From Epithemia pelagica (taxonomy: Eukaryota; Protista; Bacillariophyta): DNA of 64,000 bases. Positions 1 to 12,600 of this stretch are shown one piece after another. Numbering within the stretch: the first letter of the stretch is position 1; each line of letters opens with the position of its first letter. A program made the position numbers and the translations under genes. The stretch spans positions 2,418,001 through 2,482,000 of the forward strand of contig OX337237.1 in NCBI GenBank assembly GCA_946965045.2, read 5' to 3'. The notes beneath the pieces are model-generated. The model had not been told where the DNA came from. It worked only from the letters and a program-made list of their open reading frames with translations, and made no database searches.

Positions 1-478
1 TACCGGTTATGGAGGCATTTTCCCCATTCGTAACAAAAGCACATCTACTATGCCTAGGTAGTCAAACCACTGGTAGACGCAGGAGTCAAGTAGAGCTGAA
101 TGGTTGCTTTCAAACAAAATGCGGCCGCAAGACCTTCCAGTTCGCCCAACTTTTTGTTGAGGTTGGATCATGTCTAGATCCACTACCTAGGTTCGATCCA
201 TGTATACAAACATGAATGTTCGAACGACGGAACACGGAATTCCAACTTGGTGAGTTTCTGACATGGCCGCGACAAGAGGGGGCAAGATCCCCCAGAGTGC
301 GGAGGTGTACAATAACATGGGGCGTCATCATTGTCGTCTTCTCAACGTACAGAGCGACACACTCGTAATCCTCATTGCGATTACGACGCCCATTATTCTC
401 ATGCGGTGGACCGTAGGCATGTATTTTTTTCTCTTCACACTGTATCGGACGAGTTTCTGTCGGAAAATTCACCATTCA

Positions 479-2022
479 TTACTTGTGTGGGGATTGTGTA
501 AACAATGGCCAACCTCTCTTGGGACGAAACGTGGAGGAGGAGTAAAGTGGTGATTCCTCTTGGACCCACACGGATTCGTTCCTGGAGGTATGGTCGGTCC
601 AGTTCCACTCAAACAGGACAAGTCGTTCTTCGGACGTGGAGGCATGGAAGGAAATGAGCATGGTTGTCCTCAAATGGTCCTCCTTCTCGTCCATGGTGGT
701 AGCATCAAGGATGACACTTGAAGCCAATCTGGTTTCGTTCGTACCGGCAAGAGGGAGAAGAAGGCGACGTGCCTTACACACTCGTAACGAAGGGTTATGC
801 TGTAATTTGGGGCGTTGCACAAACAATTGAAATGGACTCATGGAATTTTCTTTACATGGCTGGGGAGTGAGAGTTCCAGTGCCATGGTTGGCCGTGAGAC
901 ACATGGTAGGATCGTGGGTGTCGCGGATTCGGATGGGACGAATGTGAGACAACACCCATTCCACTTGTTTGGGCAGGGGGGAACAATACGCTTGCAACAA
1001 GAGTTCTGCCACGAGACATGGTAATTGTGGAACGGGCGAGCGGGCATATTGGACCGCGGGAGAGACAAAGCGTCGGGGAAGACAGACCAAGCGCTTGTGG
1101 GGCAGTGGCCGCAAAATGTTCACCGCCGCGGGAAAGGTGCGATCGTGAAGCTGGACACTGTTTTGAATTTTTCGCTGCAAAATGTGTTCGGACCAGCCTT
1201 GTGCGGAACGAGGTTCTTCTTCTTGACACCAAAAGGGTTCGGCAATGCTTGTCATGTTTATCTTGTCCAACTTTTGTTTGGTAATTGTTTGATTCAGGTT
1301 GGGACCACCCAAACAAAAGATTCCCGGTTCCAGTAGTGGTTTGAGCGAAAAATAGTCATTGGCCACGTGTGCATTGGGCAGATAGGCAATGGTATCGGGT
1401 ATGTAGGAAAAGTACGTGTCATGGAACCAAGCTTCTCGATCACTCTGTTGGAACGTGTCAAAAAAGGTTTTGGAAGGAACCGGCAAAAACCAAAAGAGAT
1501 CGGGACGAACAAAGAAAAAGTTATCGAGCTTGACGCCTTGTGTGGACATGAGGTTTTGAACATGCCGCCAGGCCCAGGCTCGGGCAAACCACATGGAATA
1601 CCGACGGGGATCTCCGAAACGCGCCATTCGAAGGCGACAACTCAGCAAGTCATTGTCCTCTTTCTGCAAGTATTCCTCTTCCAATTGGTCCATGGCCTGC
1701 TGCTCTTGCAGAGACCCAATGTCATAGGCAGGTTCTACCTTGTGGTAGAAAAAGTATGGGTTCTCCTTGTCATCGTCATTGTCAAGAGACCAAACATTTT
1801 AGCTATTGTTGTTGTTCTTGTCCAATTGGTCGAGTGATGCTGTGACCACGACGACGACGAACCCAAACGAGACGACGACGACGACGACCGGGGTGGTGGT
1901 GATTGTGATGGCAATGGCAAGGTGGTGGACCACCACAATTGAATGGCAAGCATCACGACCAACAGAAGAATCAATGGTACCACTGTACGACCCAAGAAAG
2001 GACGTATCGTGCGGTTCCTCAT
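479..2022 (-). CDS. Putative type II membrane glycosyltransferase-like protein; N-terminal TM part (1735-2022) and main ORF (479-1693) are in different frames
   Basis: TM segment LGRTVVPLILLLVVMLAIQLWW after ATG 2022; main ORF has FFFVRPDLFW motif and a ricin-lectin-like CLTANHGTGTLTPQPC segment; join near 1735-1800 needs a frameshift or an intron I could not resolve. Confidence 0.45.
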
Positions 2023-2617
2023 TGCATCACCTCGTCCTCTTGTGGGTGGTTTGTCGTTGTGGTGGTGAGGGAACGACCCTTGCCGCATTTTCGGGCCCTG
2101 TTTGTGATGGAGAACAATGAGTGGAGAGTGACCCGTGTTTTCTGTTGCTGCTACACTTTCTCTTCTCTTGTGGGTCTGTTGTGAACGCAAAGATCCTCTC
2201 TACTAGTCGACAGATGACAATGACAGATCTCTTTCTCGTCTTCTTGTCTCCCAATTCCCGATTCCCGACATTGAAAATGTTCGTGTGATTGTGACAGGCT
2301 GTGAGTCGTGAGTGAGAGCCGAAGACTCGGCGCGCGTGTCGCGGCCACGCGGGGCACGCTCCTTCTTTGGGCACATGCTGTGGTGAAGTGGGAAGTGGGT
2401 GCCAATGGCAAATGCCAATGCCAGAGACATGGAACCCATGATGGAACTCAAGAATGCTTGTTTCGAGATAGACCAAGAGAGATTAGATCTCCATCACGAC
2501 AAGATAAAAATAAGAACGAGTCCACTGAGATTGGGAAGTGACGACGACTTTGGAAAGTGTTGGTTGGTTTGTTGGATGTCCATTATTATTATTTGGTGAT
2601 TAGGATTTCGTTCTTCC

Positions 2618-2911
2618 TGTTGGAAATAATGACGAAGACAAAAAAATGATCCACGAGTCCTCAGAGCCACCCGGCGACCAAATTGAGACAATGACGAGAA
2701 CTACTTATCGAAGCAGTCACGAACAATCACGCGAGCGAGAAGGTAAGCGCGTTACGTTCGCTGACGTGGTAAAATACGGGAAACCAAAGACGAGCGAGGC
2801 GAAAAAGACGAGTGCTCATTCTTTGGAGATAATCAAGAAAGTAAAGTAAAATTACGTTTTACATCTACGACGATAGCGACGAAGCTGACGGCATCCTTGC
2901 ATCGTACAACA
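2618..2911 (+). repeat. 5' LTR of copia A (294 bp)
   Basis: Direct repeat of 14813-15108; 2 substitutions and one 2-bp indel seen. Confidence 0.97.
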
Positions 2912-2974
2912 TTATCTCCAAAGAAAACACGAAATCCTACAAACCGTCTTTTCAAGCGCATCAACGCAATTTCC

Positions 2975-3718
2975 ATGTCCAGCCCAAACAAACAAGAGAT
3001 CGACGAACTTATCCAAGAACTCGAAGAACTCACAACTCGACAGAGAGAAGTGCTTGCCCGAATCAAGAGCATCCGGGAAGTTCCCATCGTTGAAGCGACA
3101 CGGGTTGCCACTGGGGCAAAGTCCCAGCCCGGAGGGTACGAGACAGGCGACAGTGAAGAAGGCAGCCAGTCGGAAAAGAAGCCGGCGGCCGCGCAGAGAA
3201 GAAACAAGTATCAACGATCATCGCCCACTGCATCCAGTGTGGCCAGTTCAAGCGTGGAAGTCGTTGGAGTCATTCGTCACCAACAATCTCGAGGACAAGA
3301 GTCGGACGGCGATACCACTCTATATTCGGAGAACGAAGGAGCTGAAAGAGAACCAATCACATATACAACAGCGGAACTCTCGGCATTGAAAAGTGGCTGC
3401 ACCTTGTGGACCTCAGCGGTTTCAGGGAAGCGGTACATCATCCACAAGAAAAGGAGGGCTTTCCGAGTGGGAGACATAGTTCGAATTGTCAATCCCGCTT
3501 CGCTCCACGTCGGAGAAGCACCAACCATTCGTGACGGCACCGGTGTTGTTGCCCGAGTCACCGCATATCAACAAATCGTCCACACTGATAGTGGCCAGGA
3601 CGTTCGACGAGGTAAGAACAACATCCGATATCTCTCCGCAGAGAAGGATGAGCAGTTCGAGCGCGTCCAACCCGTCCAGCCAGGACGGCGCCCCCAGTTC
3701 GCCAGGTACCACGCCTGA
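2975..3718 (+). CDS. Accessory ORF upstream of gag in copia A (247 aa; coiled coil plus KOW/SH3-like C-terminus)
   Basis: First ATG 2975; QEIDELIQELEELTTRQREVLARIK coiled coil; FRVGDIVRIVN...GTGVVARVT...IVHTDSGQDVRR beta-barrel-like motif; overlaps gag ATG (3648) in another frame. Confidence 0.6.
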   Translation: MSSPNKQEIDELIQELEELTTRQREVLARIKSIREVPIVEATRVATGAKSQPGGYETGDSEEGSQSEKKPAAAQRRNKYQRSSPTASSVASSSVEVVGVIRHQQSRGQESDGDTTLYSENEGAEREPITYTTAELSALKSGCTLWTSAVSGKRYIIHKKRRAFRVGDIVRIVNPASLHVGEAPTIRDGTGVVARVTAYQQIVHTDSGQDVRRGKNNIRYLSAEKDEQFERVQPVQPGRRPQFARYHA

Positions 3719-6700
3719 AGGACGTGGTACTGGTGGTCCAGGCCGAGGAGGAAGAGGCCGTGGACGAGGAAGAGGACGTGGTGGACGCGGAGGTCGTGGA
3801 GGCAGAGGAGGCCACACGAGTAGTAATGCATTCAAGGGCAACACGGAAGGCATGAACGGCCACGTGTTTCAAGTTTTCCATGAATGCAATGACAAGCGAC
3901 AGTTCACCCGAACACTGGAAGCATTAGAGGAACACTTCGCGAAGACGTTCAAGCATGCGGGCGACATGGTGGTCCTTACCCGAGATTTGAAAAATCCGTC
4001 CGTTCAAGAGCCAGCCGATCTCCCGGACGAAGAGACGAGTCGTTTGAAGATTGCAATCTTCGAGAAACAAGTCGCCGCCTATGTTACTCGATGCGAAATA
4101 CTCAAAAGTAATTTGCAAGCAGCCTATGCCATAATTTGGGGGCAGTGCAGCGAGGCTATGAAAGCCAAACTACAAGGATTAGAAAAGTATGACACTTCCC
4201 GACTAGCTTGCGATTGTGCTTGGTTGCTGACCCAAATCAAAGGGATCAGGCACAAATTTGAAGAAAAACGATATGGGTATGCGTCCCTGAACGACGCGTA
4301 CACCAATTTTTACCTCCACCGACAGCAACCCGATGAACCTCTCTCGGATTACCTGCATCAATTCAAGGAAAACATCGATGTCCTTGAACATTATGGAGGC
4401 TCAGTTGGAGTAGACAAAGGATCACAGGATCTCATTGTCAAATATTTGGATCCCGACGTCACTACAACCTCCGAAACGAAGAAACGCATGAGTCGTGATC
4501 GTGCCCTGGCTATCCAGTTCCTGAAGGGAGCGGATAAGAAACGGTTTGGAAATCTTCTCATCGAATTGGAGAACCAATTCACCCGTGGGACGGATCAGTA
4601 CCCCGTCGACGTTACGGCGGCATATGGTATGTTGGTGAGTTATCGCGGACCCCGCCAACCGCAAAATCAGCAACAAGGACAATCTTCAACGAGTAATGGG
4701 CTCCAGTTTGCCCAAGCAACAACCGCTCCCGTCCCTGGCCTCGACGGAATTCTGCATGAAGCCATCATCTGCTTCCATTGCCAGGGTCCTGGTCATTATG
4801 CAAGCCAGTGTCCGCATCGGGCCGATAACAACGAGGCAGCCACTGGGGTTACCATGCTCCAAAGCCATGGTCCCGTCCACAACTTCACCTTTCTGCATTT
4901 TGATTGTTGTTTCTCGCAATCACGCCATGTTGCTATACCCGATTCTTGGGTTTTGTTGGACAGCCAGTCCACAGTGTCCGTCTTCCGAAATGCCACCTTG
5001 CTCCAAAACATCCGCCCTGCCGCTTCCCCCCTCACGGTCTACACCAATGGCGGTTCCCAAATCTCTCGTCTTGTTGGGGACATCCCCAATTTTGGCGAAG
5101 TATGGTTCAACCCACAATCTCTGACCAACATCCTATCCCTTGCTGCTGTCCGTCAGCGGTGCCGTGTCACCATGGACACTGCTGGTGCCTCCGCCATTGC
5201 TGTACAGCGGAAGGATGGTTCCGTAATGCTTTTCAAAGAGAGCCCCATGGGTCTCTATTATTTTGATGTGAACGATCCCACTAACTCTATTAATTCCCCT
5301 TCTGCCCCTTACCTTTTTCTCAATAGTGCGACTGGGTACTCCCCCCGTGAGGTCGAAGGAGCGGATCGTGCCCGTACTCTTTACAGGCAACTCGGTCGAC
5401 CCTCCCAACGCGATTTCCTCGACGCACTGGCAAATAATGTCGTCCAAAACTGTCCCGTCACCCCCGAAGATGCCAAACGCGCCCTCAAAATTTACGGTCC
5501 AGACCCCGCCACCATCAAAGGCAAAACCGTAAAGCGACCGATACCCGCTGCACCACAAGTAGTCCCAACGGATATCCCTACCAAAATCAAGAACGAACAC
5601 CGACGCGTGACGATATGCGCGGACAATTTCTACGTCCAAGGTCACATTTTTTGTCACACTATTTCCAAGCACCTCCATTTCCGCACCGTTGCAGCAATCT
5701 CCAATCGACGCAAAGCAACTCTCGAGAAGGAAATTAAGGACGTCATCAACATGTATCATGCCAGAGGTTTCGAAGTCACGGATCTCCACGCAGATAACGA
5801 ATTTGCACCAATCCAACAGAGAATTCTCCCCGTCCTATCAAACATCGTTGCCGCTGACGACCATGTCGGACAAGTTGAGCGATCCATCAGGACCATCAAG
5901 GAGAGGGTCCGAGCCCTAGTTCACGGCCTACCGTATCGACGCTACCCGTCCCTATTAGTGCGAGAAATCGTGGCGCATGCCGTCCGCACTCTCAACCAAC
6001 TACCAAGCAGAAAGGGCGTGTCCACCACCATGAGCCCACGGAAAATAGTGACGGGCCTACCTGACCCGGATTTCAACAACATGCGCATCGAATTCGGCCA
6101 TTATGCCCAAATATTCGAAGAAAGACGAAGAACGAACACGACCGCCCCGCGAACCATTGGCGCCATTGCACTCAACCCAACTGGCAACACTCAAGGGAGT
6201 TACTACTTCCTATCCTTAGACACGGGTGCTCGCGTCACACGCCAACAGTGGACAGAGCTCCCCATTACACAAGCGGTAATCGACCGTGTCGAAGAATTGG
6301 CTGAACAGCAAGACCAACCACTCATTGATGGTGAGCTGGTTTTTGAATGGGCCCCGAACATCCCCATCATTGACGACAACAATGAGGTACCCAACGACAA
6401 CGATGACCTTTTGAATAACGACGAATCGGACGAAGAACCGGAAGAAGCGGAAGAAGAAACCAACGACGGGAACAGCGACGACTCTGATCCCAACGAAAAC
6501 GATGTCGAGTCAAGCAGTGACGAACCACCGGCATCAGATGAAGATGATGACGACGAGCCACCGATGGTTTCAACAACAGACAATGAAGACAACGACGATG
6601 ATAATGACGACAACGATGATCACGGGGAAATTGAAGAGGAAGAAGGAGCGCACAGTGAAATGGATGAAGATGAAGGAGCGAATGGACCCGACGAAGATGA

Positions 6701-8354
6701 AGGAGCGCATCATACACAAGAGTATCAGGATGAAGATGAAGGAGCGAACGATTATGACGAGCATAGTGATGAAGACGGCGATGGTGAAGCAACCGCCATG
6801 TCCGAGGACGACATGCCCCAACACGAGTACAATTTGAGGAGCGACCGGACACGCTCCTACAGCCACAGACTTGACCACCAAATGGACACCGCGGACGGTA
6901 GCACATCATACATGCATATGCAATTTCTCCAACGTGCAATCCGTCACGCAACAACCAACGTGAACGAACGGAAACCGATCCATTCTTTGGTAGCCCACTT
7001 CATATTCACCCAAATGTCTGCCCAAGCAGGCATCAAGAAACATGGTCAAAAAGCCATAGACGCACTTCTCAAGGAATTCACACAATTAGATAATCAAGAT
7101 ACATTCGATCCCCAGGACGCATCAAAGCTTACGGCACAACAGAAGAAAGCAGCCCTCAGATCAGTCAACGTGATCAAAGAGAAACGCTGTGGCAAGATCA
7201 AGGGACGATCCTGCGCGGACGGACGGTCCCAGCGACCACACTACGATAAAAGTGAGACTGCTTCGCCAGCCCTGTCAACAGACACCCTGATCATGTCACT
7301 GATCATCAACGCGATTGAACGACGGAAAGTCATCACCGCTGACATCGCTGGGGCATACCTTAATGCTTTTATGCGCGATTAGGTGTTAATGAAGCTCACC
7401 GGTGATGTAGTGGACATCTTCTGCCAGATCGACGAGAAATACAAAAAGTTCGTCGTTATGGAAGGAAAGACCAAGGTACTCTACGTACGACTCAACAAAG
7501 CACTGTATGGATGCGTTCAATCTGCATTACTGTGGTACGAGTTGTTCTCCACAACACTGAAAGAGATGGGTTTCGAACTAAACCCGTACGACCCATGCGT
7601 GGCCAACAAAATGATCAACGGACGTCAATGCACTGTAACCTGGTACGTGGACGATCTAAAAGCATTGCACGTGGAAGAGAAGGTAATCGAAGATGTCGTG
7701 GCAGCAATCGAAGAAAAATTCGGGAAGATGTCGGTGTGTAGAGGAAAAGAACACACCTATTTGGGAATGAAGATTACAATCAACGACAACGGCACGGTCA
7801 GCATTATCATGCCACAATACATCGACGAAGCAATCGACATGTTCGGCGAGAATGTCACACAAGGAGCATCAACGCCTGCGAGGAAAGGACTTTTCACAAT
7901 CAAGAAGAATGCACCGATACTCAGCAAAGAAAAGAAGGACAAATTTCACAGTATCGTGGCAAAATTACTCTATCTGTCACAACGTGCCCGTATAGACATC
8001 CAAACGGCCATCGCGTTCCTGTGCACCCGAGTTGCCAAATGCACCGTCGACGATTGGGCCAAATTGAAACGAGTGCTCCAATATCTGTATGCTACCAAAG
8101 AATTGGAATACATTGTTGGAGCAGACGATGTACCCCATCTCAAGACATGGGTCGACGCATCATTCGCCGTACATGACGACATGCGCAGCCACACAGGCGG
8201 TGTAATGTCCCTTGGACGAGGTGCTATCATCGCAAAATCAAGAAAGCAGAAGCTCAACACCAAGAGCTCGACTGAGGTCGAGGTTGTGGGTGCAAGTGAC
8301 TACCTCCCAAACACGATATGGGCCAAACGATTCCTCGAGGCCCAAGGATACGAA

Positions 8355-9062
8355 TGGCAGAATTCTCACCAACAACTAGGTGGTGGTGGAATCTACAACT
8401 CATCGACTGATGCTAGTATTTTATGGCATCCGATGACATTTTCGTAAAAGTGAGAAAAGAATGACGGCATGCTCGCAGACCTTTAAATTCGGCCAAGGCA
8501 TGCTCGCAATGCACGTGTTATGAGCGACCGATCGGATATTAATTATGGCCCAACACGTGCGCGCCCAATATTCTCAAGCGCGCGCAATCAATATCCGAGT
8601 ACGCACCTCCACGACTAAGCCCAACGGCTTAAGTAACCGAAGCACGAATCACGATCACGCGAGACCATATCTCTATTCCCACAAATCAAAGAATGCAAAC
8701 AGCAACGCGCCAAGGAAACTACCTATATCATGACAAAGCAAGAGCTGTTGGCATTGGTATATGATATACAAGTGCATATACTTCCAATACACAATATCCA
8801 TGTCTACTCCAACCATACCAGTCCTGTCAGCGCCATGAATATATCAGTCATGCACCCTGACCAGACCTGCACACCCACACACACACCGTAGTCCTAAAGC
8901 TCACAATCATTAACATTACCATATCATCACGTCTTCAGTGTCCTGACTATCCCTACGATAGAACCCTTGGGTTTCCTTTGTTCTCTGACCCGTGGAGAAC
9001 CTTGGTATCAGTTGGTAATCGATTGTGGCTCTTCTAGAGCGTGTATTGATGAATCTCTACTA
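8355..9062 (+). repeat. 5' LTR of element B (708 bp, TG...TA ends)
   Basis: Direct repeat of 13801-14508. Confidence 0.96.
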
Positions 9063-9425
9063 GATTAACAGTCTCACTGCTTATTTCCCTGCAGTTACAA
9101 TTGAAACCTTACTTACCCATCAACACCCGTTACAGATTAAGCTACTCAACCCATCAACAGGGCCAGCCTGGCTAAGGCTAGGGTCACCAACCCTCTCCTA
9201 TTCCAGGACCTCAAGCTGCACCAGGACTCCGTGCAACTACCTTCCCAATACTCATCCAACCAGTGAACCACTTTTGTTGAGGACTACTACGAGTACGACG
9301 AACAAGCCGCCTTCTGTTACTGAATCTCCGGTTCAACTCGATCACCGCAACGAGTCTGGAAGTGACCAAGAATAAGTAACTTTAAGTAGTTTTCACACCA
9401 AACCGGAGACAAAACCAAGTTCCGC

Positions 9426-9548
9426 ACATCCGGGTTACCTTTTGGACATCACAACACACATCCGGGTACTTCATACGTGGCACACACGTGGCACATCCGG
9501 GTTCCGAAGGCACACCACACATCCGGGTTGAGACTTTTACATCCGGGT
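9426..9548 (+). repeat. Five copies of ACATCCGGGT in the 5' leader of element B
   Basis: Copies at 9426, 9458, 9493, 9519, 9539. Confidence 0.9.
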
Positions 9549-9639
9549 TCTCATCACGAAGCACAAGACATTACTAAAGTTTTCGACTAAGACATTGCAG
9601 GACACATATCAACATATCTCATCACCAAGTCGAGCAATC

Positions 9640-12600
9640 ATGGAACCGACTACATCGACCACACCAGAGTTCCACCCCAATCAAAGTATATCTGATCAAG
9701 AAGTCTTTGATCATATTACTCAGGTGTTGTTCAACTTTTCCAAGAAAAGGGTCGATGTACTCACGAAATGGATGCATCATCACGCTTTTGATGATATACT
9801 CAGTATCATCGAACATATGGCGGATGACCCAGAGAAGAATATGGATAATATGGTCAAGTACAAGTCAGGAAAACAAATGCATGACCTACATATCAACACA
9901 AGCCATCAGATCAAGTTGCTTGCCTACTGGTACCGACAAAAGAGCACCGATATCCAGAGTATCCCTTCCAAGGCAACCTGGATGAACCTGACCAAGACAG
10001 AATTTGATCTATGGAAGATAAACACTGACTTTCGCTCTGGAAGCCCTATCACTGACCCAGTATCACCCATGAAGCCTCCATCCCATTCGACATCACCCAA
10101 ATCGTTTAGTACTACTTCTGCTGCATCGCAGTCCCAACTGGACCTAACCGCATTCAAGAAGGGAACCAAGCGTGACACTATGGCATATGAAACATTCAAG
10201 GATGAACGATACTACGACACGTTCTGGAGGACTTTCAAGACCACAGCAAAAGCCCAAGGTTTATCTCATGTTCTTGACTTCCGATACAAGCCGCCGACAA
10301 ATGATACGTATGCAACAGAACTTTTCCAAGAGCAACAGATCTTCCTATACTCCATCCTTGTGCGCATCATCCAGACTGACCAAGGAAGAGCTTATGTTCG
10401 CGAACATGAGCATGATGAAGATGCACGAGCAGTGTTAGAGAAGCTTCACACATTGCATACAAAGTCAGACTTAGCAAAACGAGAGGTCCTACGATTAACC
10501 AATTACATCTCCAACCTTCGCCTTGATGATACATGGCGTGGATCATCACGTCAATTCTTGCTTCATTTCCAAGACAAACTACGTTTACTCGATAACTTTG
10601 TTGATCTCTCTGATCGCATACCTGATCACACCAGGATGACGTTTCTTATGCAAGCTGTCGAGAAGGTACCTGACCTTCGCAGAGTTAAAATCTTGGACAA
10701 CGTTGTCAACACAAAGTCTGGAGCAAAGTCTTTACGTTATCAATCGTACTTCTCCATTTTGATGGACGCAGCATATGACCATGATCAAGTCACGCAATCT
10801 TCTGCAACTGGTCGTCGTCGTAGTGTCAAGCAACACGAGCAACACGAAACACAACATGATATTGAGGGATCCCTTCAGGAAGACGATGCATATCAGATAA
10901 ACAATACCAACGTCCAAGATGATAACACGGCATCTCCAAAAGCCAGTCTTCCTCGTGACCTATGGTTTAAACTTCCTGAGGATGCTGGCAAGGTGATTGT
11001 TGAGTATAACAAGAACGTGCAAGCTCCTACTCCAAGTCCAAGAAACGTACAGCAACACTCCCTTGACATTGATCCTGAACCTGATCCTGACCCTGGTCAA
11101 GATGTTTTCGACGACCTGGACAACCTCACATATCCGCAGGATGATTCCGATCCAGCCACCCATCTCATCCATCAAGCAATGACGTCAACCGACCTCAATC
11201 ATCCAGCTTCTGATTTGTCTAATGTTCTATCCAATGCCGCATCCAAGACTAGTAAGAAAGTTAGTTTCAAACAGAAAGAGCACAAGCAGAAGATCCACAT
11301 GGCTCAGTACATGTTCTCTCAAAAGTCAACCTATACTGGGAATCAACTCATCGATCATGGTGCCAATGGTGGTTTAGCCGGAGCTGATATGCGTATCCTT
11401 TCCAAGACAGGTCGTAACATCACGACTGTGGGAATCGACAACAATGAGCTTACTGGTCTCCCTATTGTCACTTGTGCTGCCAAATTTGAAACTAATGACG
11501 GGCCAATCGTCGGCATCTTCAACGAATATGCATACTATGGAAAAGGACAGTCTATACATGCGCCTTGCCAATTAGAACATTATGGACTATCTGTGGATGA
11601 ACGTTCTGTCACGGTGGATGGGAAGCAACGCATCACTACTCTTGATGGACGTGCTTTACCTCTCTGTATCAAGGATGGTCTTGCCTATATTCAGTATTTG
11701 GGTGTTCCTTCTGATGACGACATGGACAGATCTGCTAAAGTTGATGGCAAACAATGCATCACTATACTTGGTGGACGTGCTATCCCTCTTCACAGCAAAA
11801 ATGGATTATCATACATCCACTCCCTTGGTATCCCCAGCGATGATGACATGGACACATTACCCCAAATCATCTTCACGTCACCTGACATCTGGGATCCTGG
11901 TGTTTTAGATCATTTGCATCCTGCCTCATTGCCTGACAGTGCTTCTAACTGGCAACAAGTCAACACTGATGGTAGTATGACGCATCACCCATATGACAAT
12001 GACAATTATGGGGAGTACACTGATCGTGATGTCTGTAACCTCACTCACCTTCTGGATTTACCTTACGATCATGGACCTGATACACCTTCCTTCTCCTCAC
12101 CCCTTATTGGAGACTCTTGTTCCAAACTGTACCATCAAGATCACAACATGAGGACTGAGAAGCGTTATCCTACCGTTAAGAAGATGTCTTACGTCATCAT
12201 AAACGTTTCTGGTCATCTTCCTCTTCGGATCCTCAATGGTCGCCCACCCGATTTTTCCCAACCCCTTTTCTTCCTTCTCTGCGACAAGGTCTTCTCCTGT
12301 ACCGAATCTTATGCACCCTATCTTTGTCCGGATGCCTCTTCAGGGGAGGAGTCACTTCCAAATAAACCCAATGACAAGCAAGCTGACACCGTTTTCATTT
12401 GTAGCAAAGGTGAAGATCCATCCGCACAAATGCCTACAATCAAGAACTGCGACAAAATTTTTGGACAAGCGTTTCCTTACAAACCAGCAGAGGGAAATGG
12501 GGAGCAACAACAAGCATGTATAATCCAACATGTCAATTTAGAACAAGACGCTTTCAAGCAAGAAGCATGTATCAAGAAGTATATTTTCTGCAAACACAAT

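Noticed and set aside
110-475. 121-aa ORF downstream of the first gene
   Set aside because: No recognisable motif; it could be a further exon but I found no supported splice
7380-7382. Programmed readthrough of the TAG in copia A
   Set aside because: The stop is in the middle of RT, not at a gag-pol junction; a nonsense mutation is simpler
9003-9011. TGGTATCAG resembling the canonical tRNAiMet PBS
   Set aside because: It lies inside both LTR copies, about 50 bp before the TSD-defined end, so it is not in PBS position
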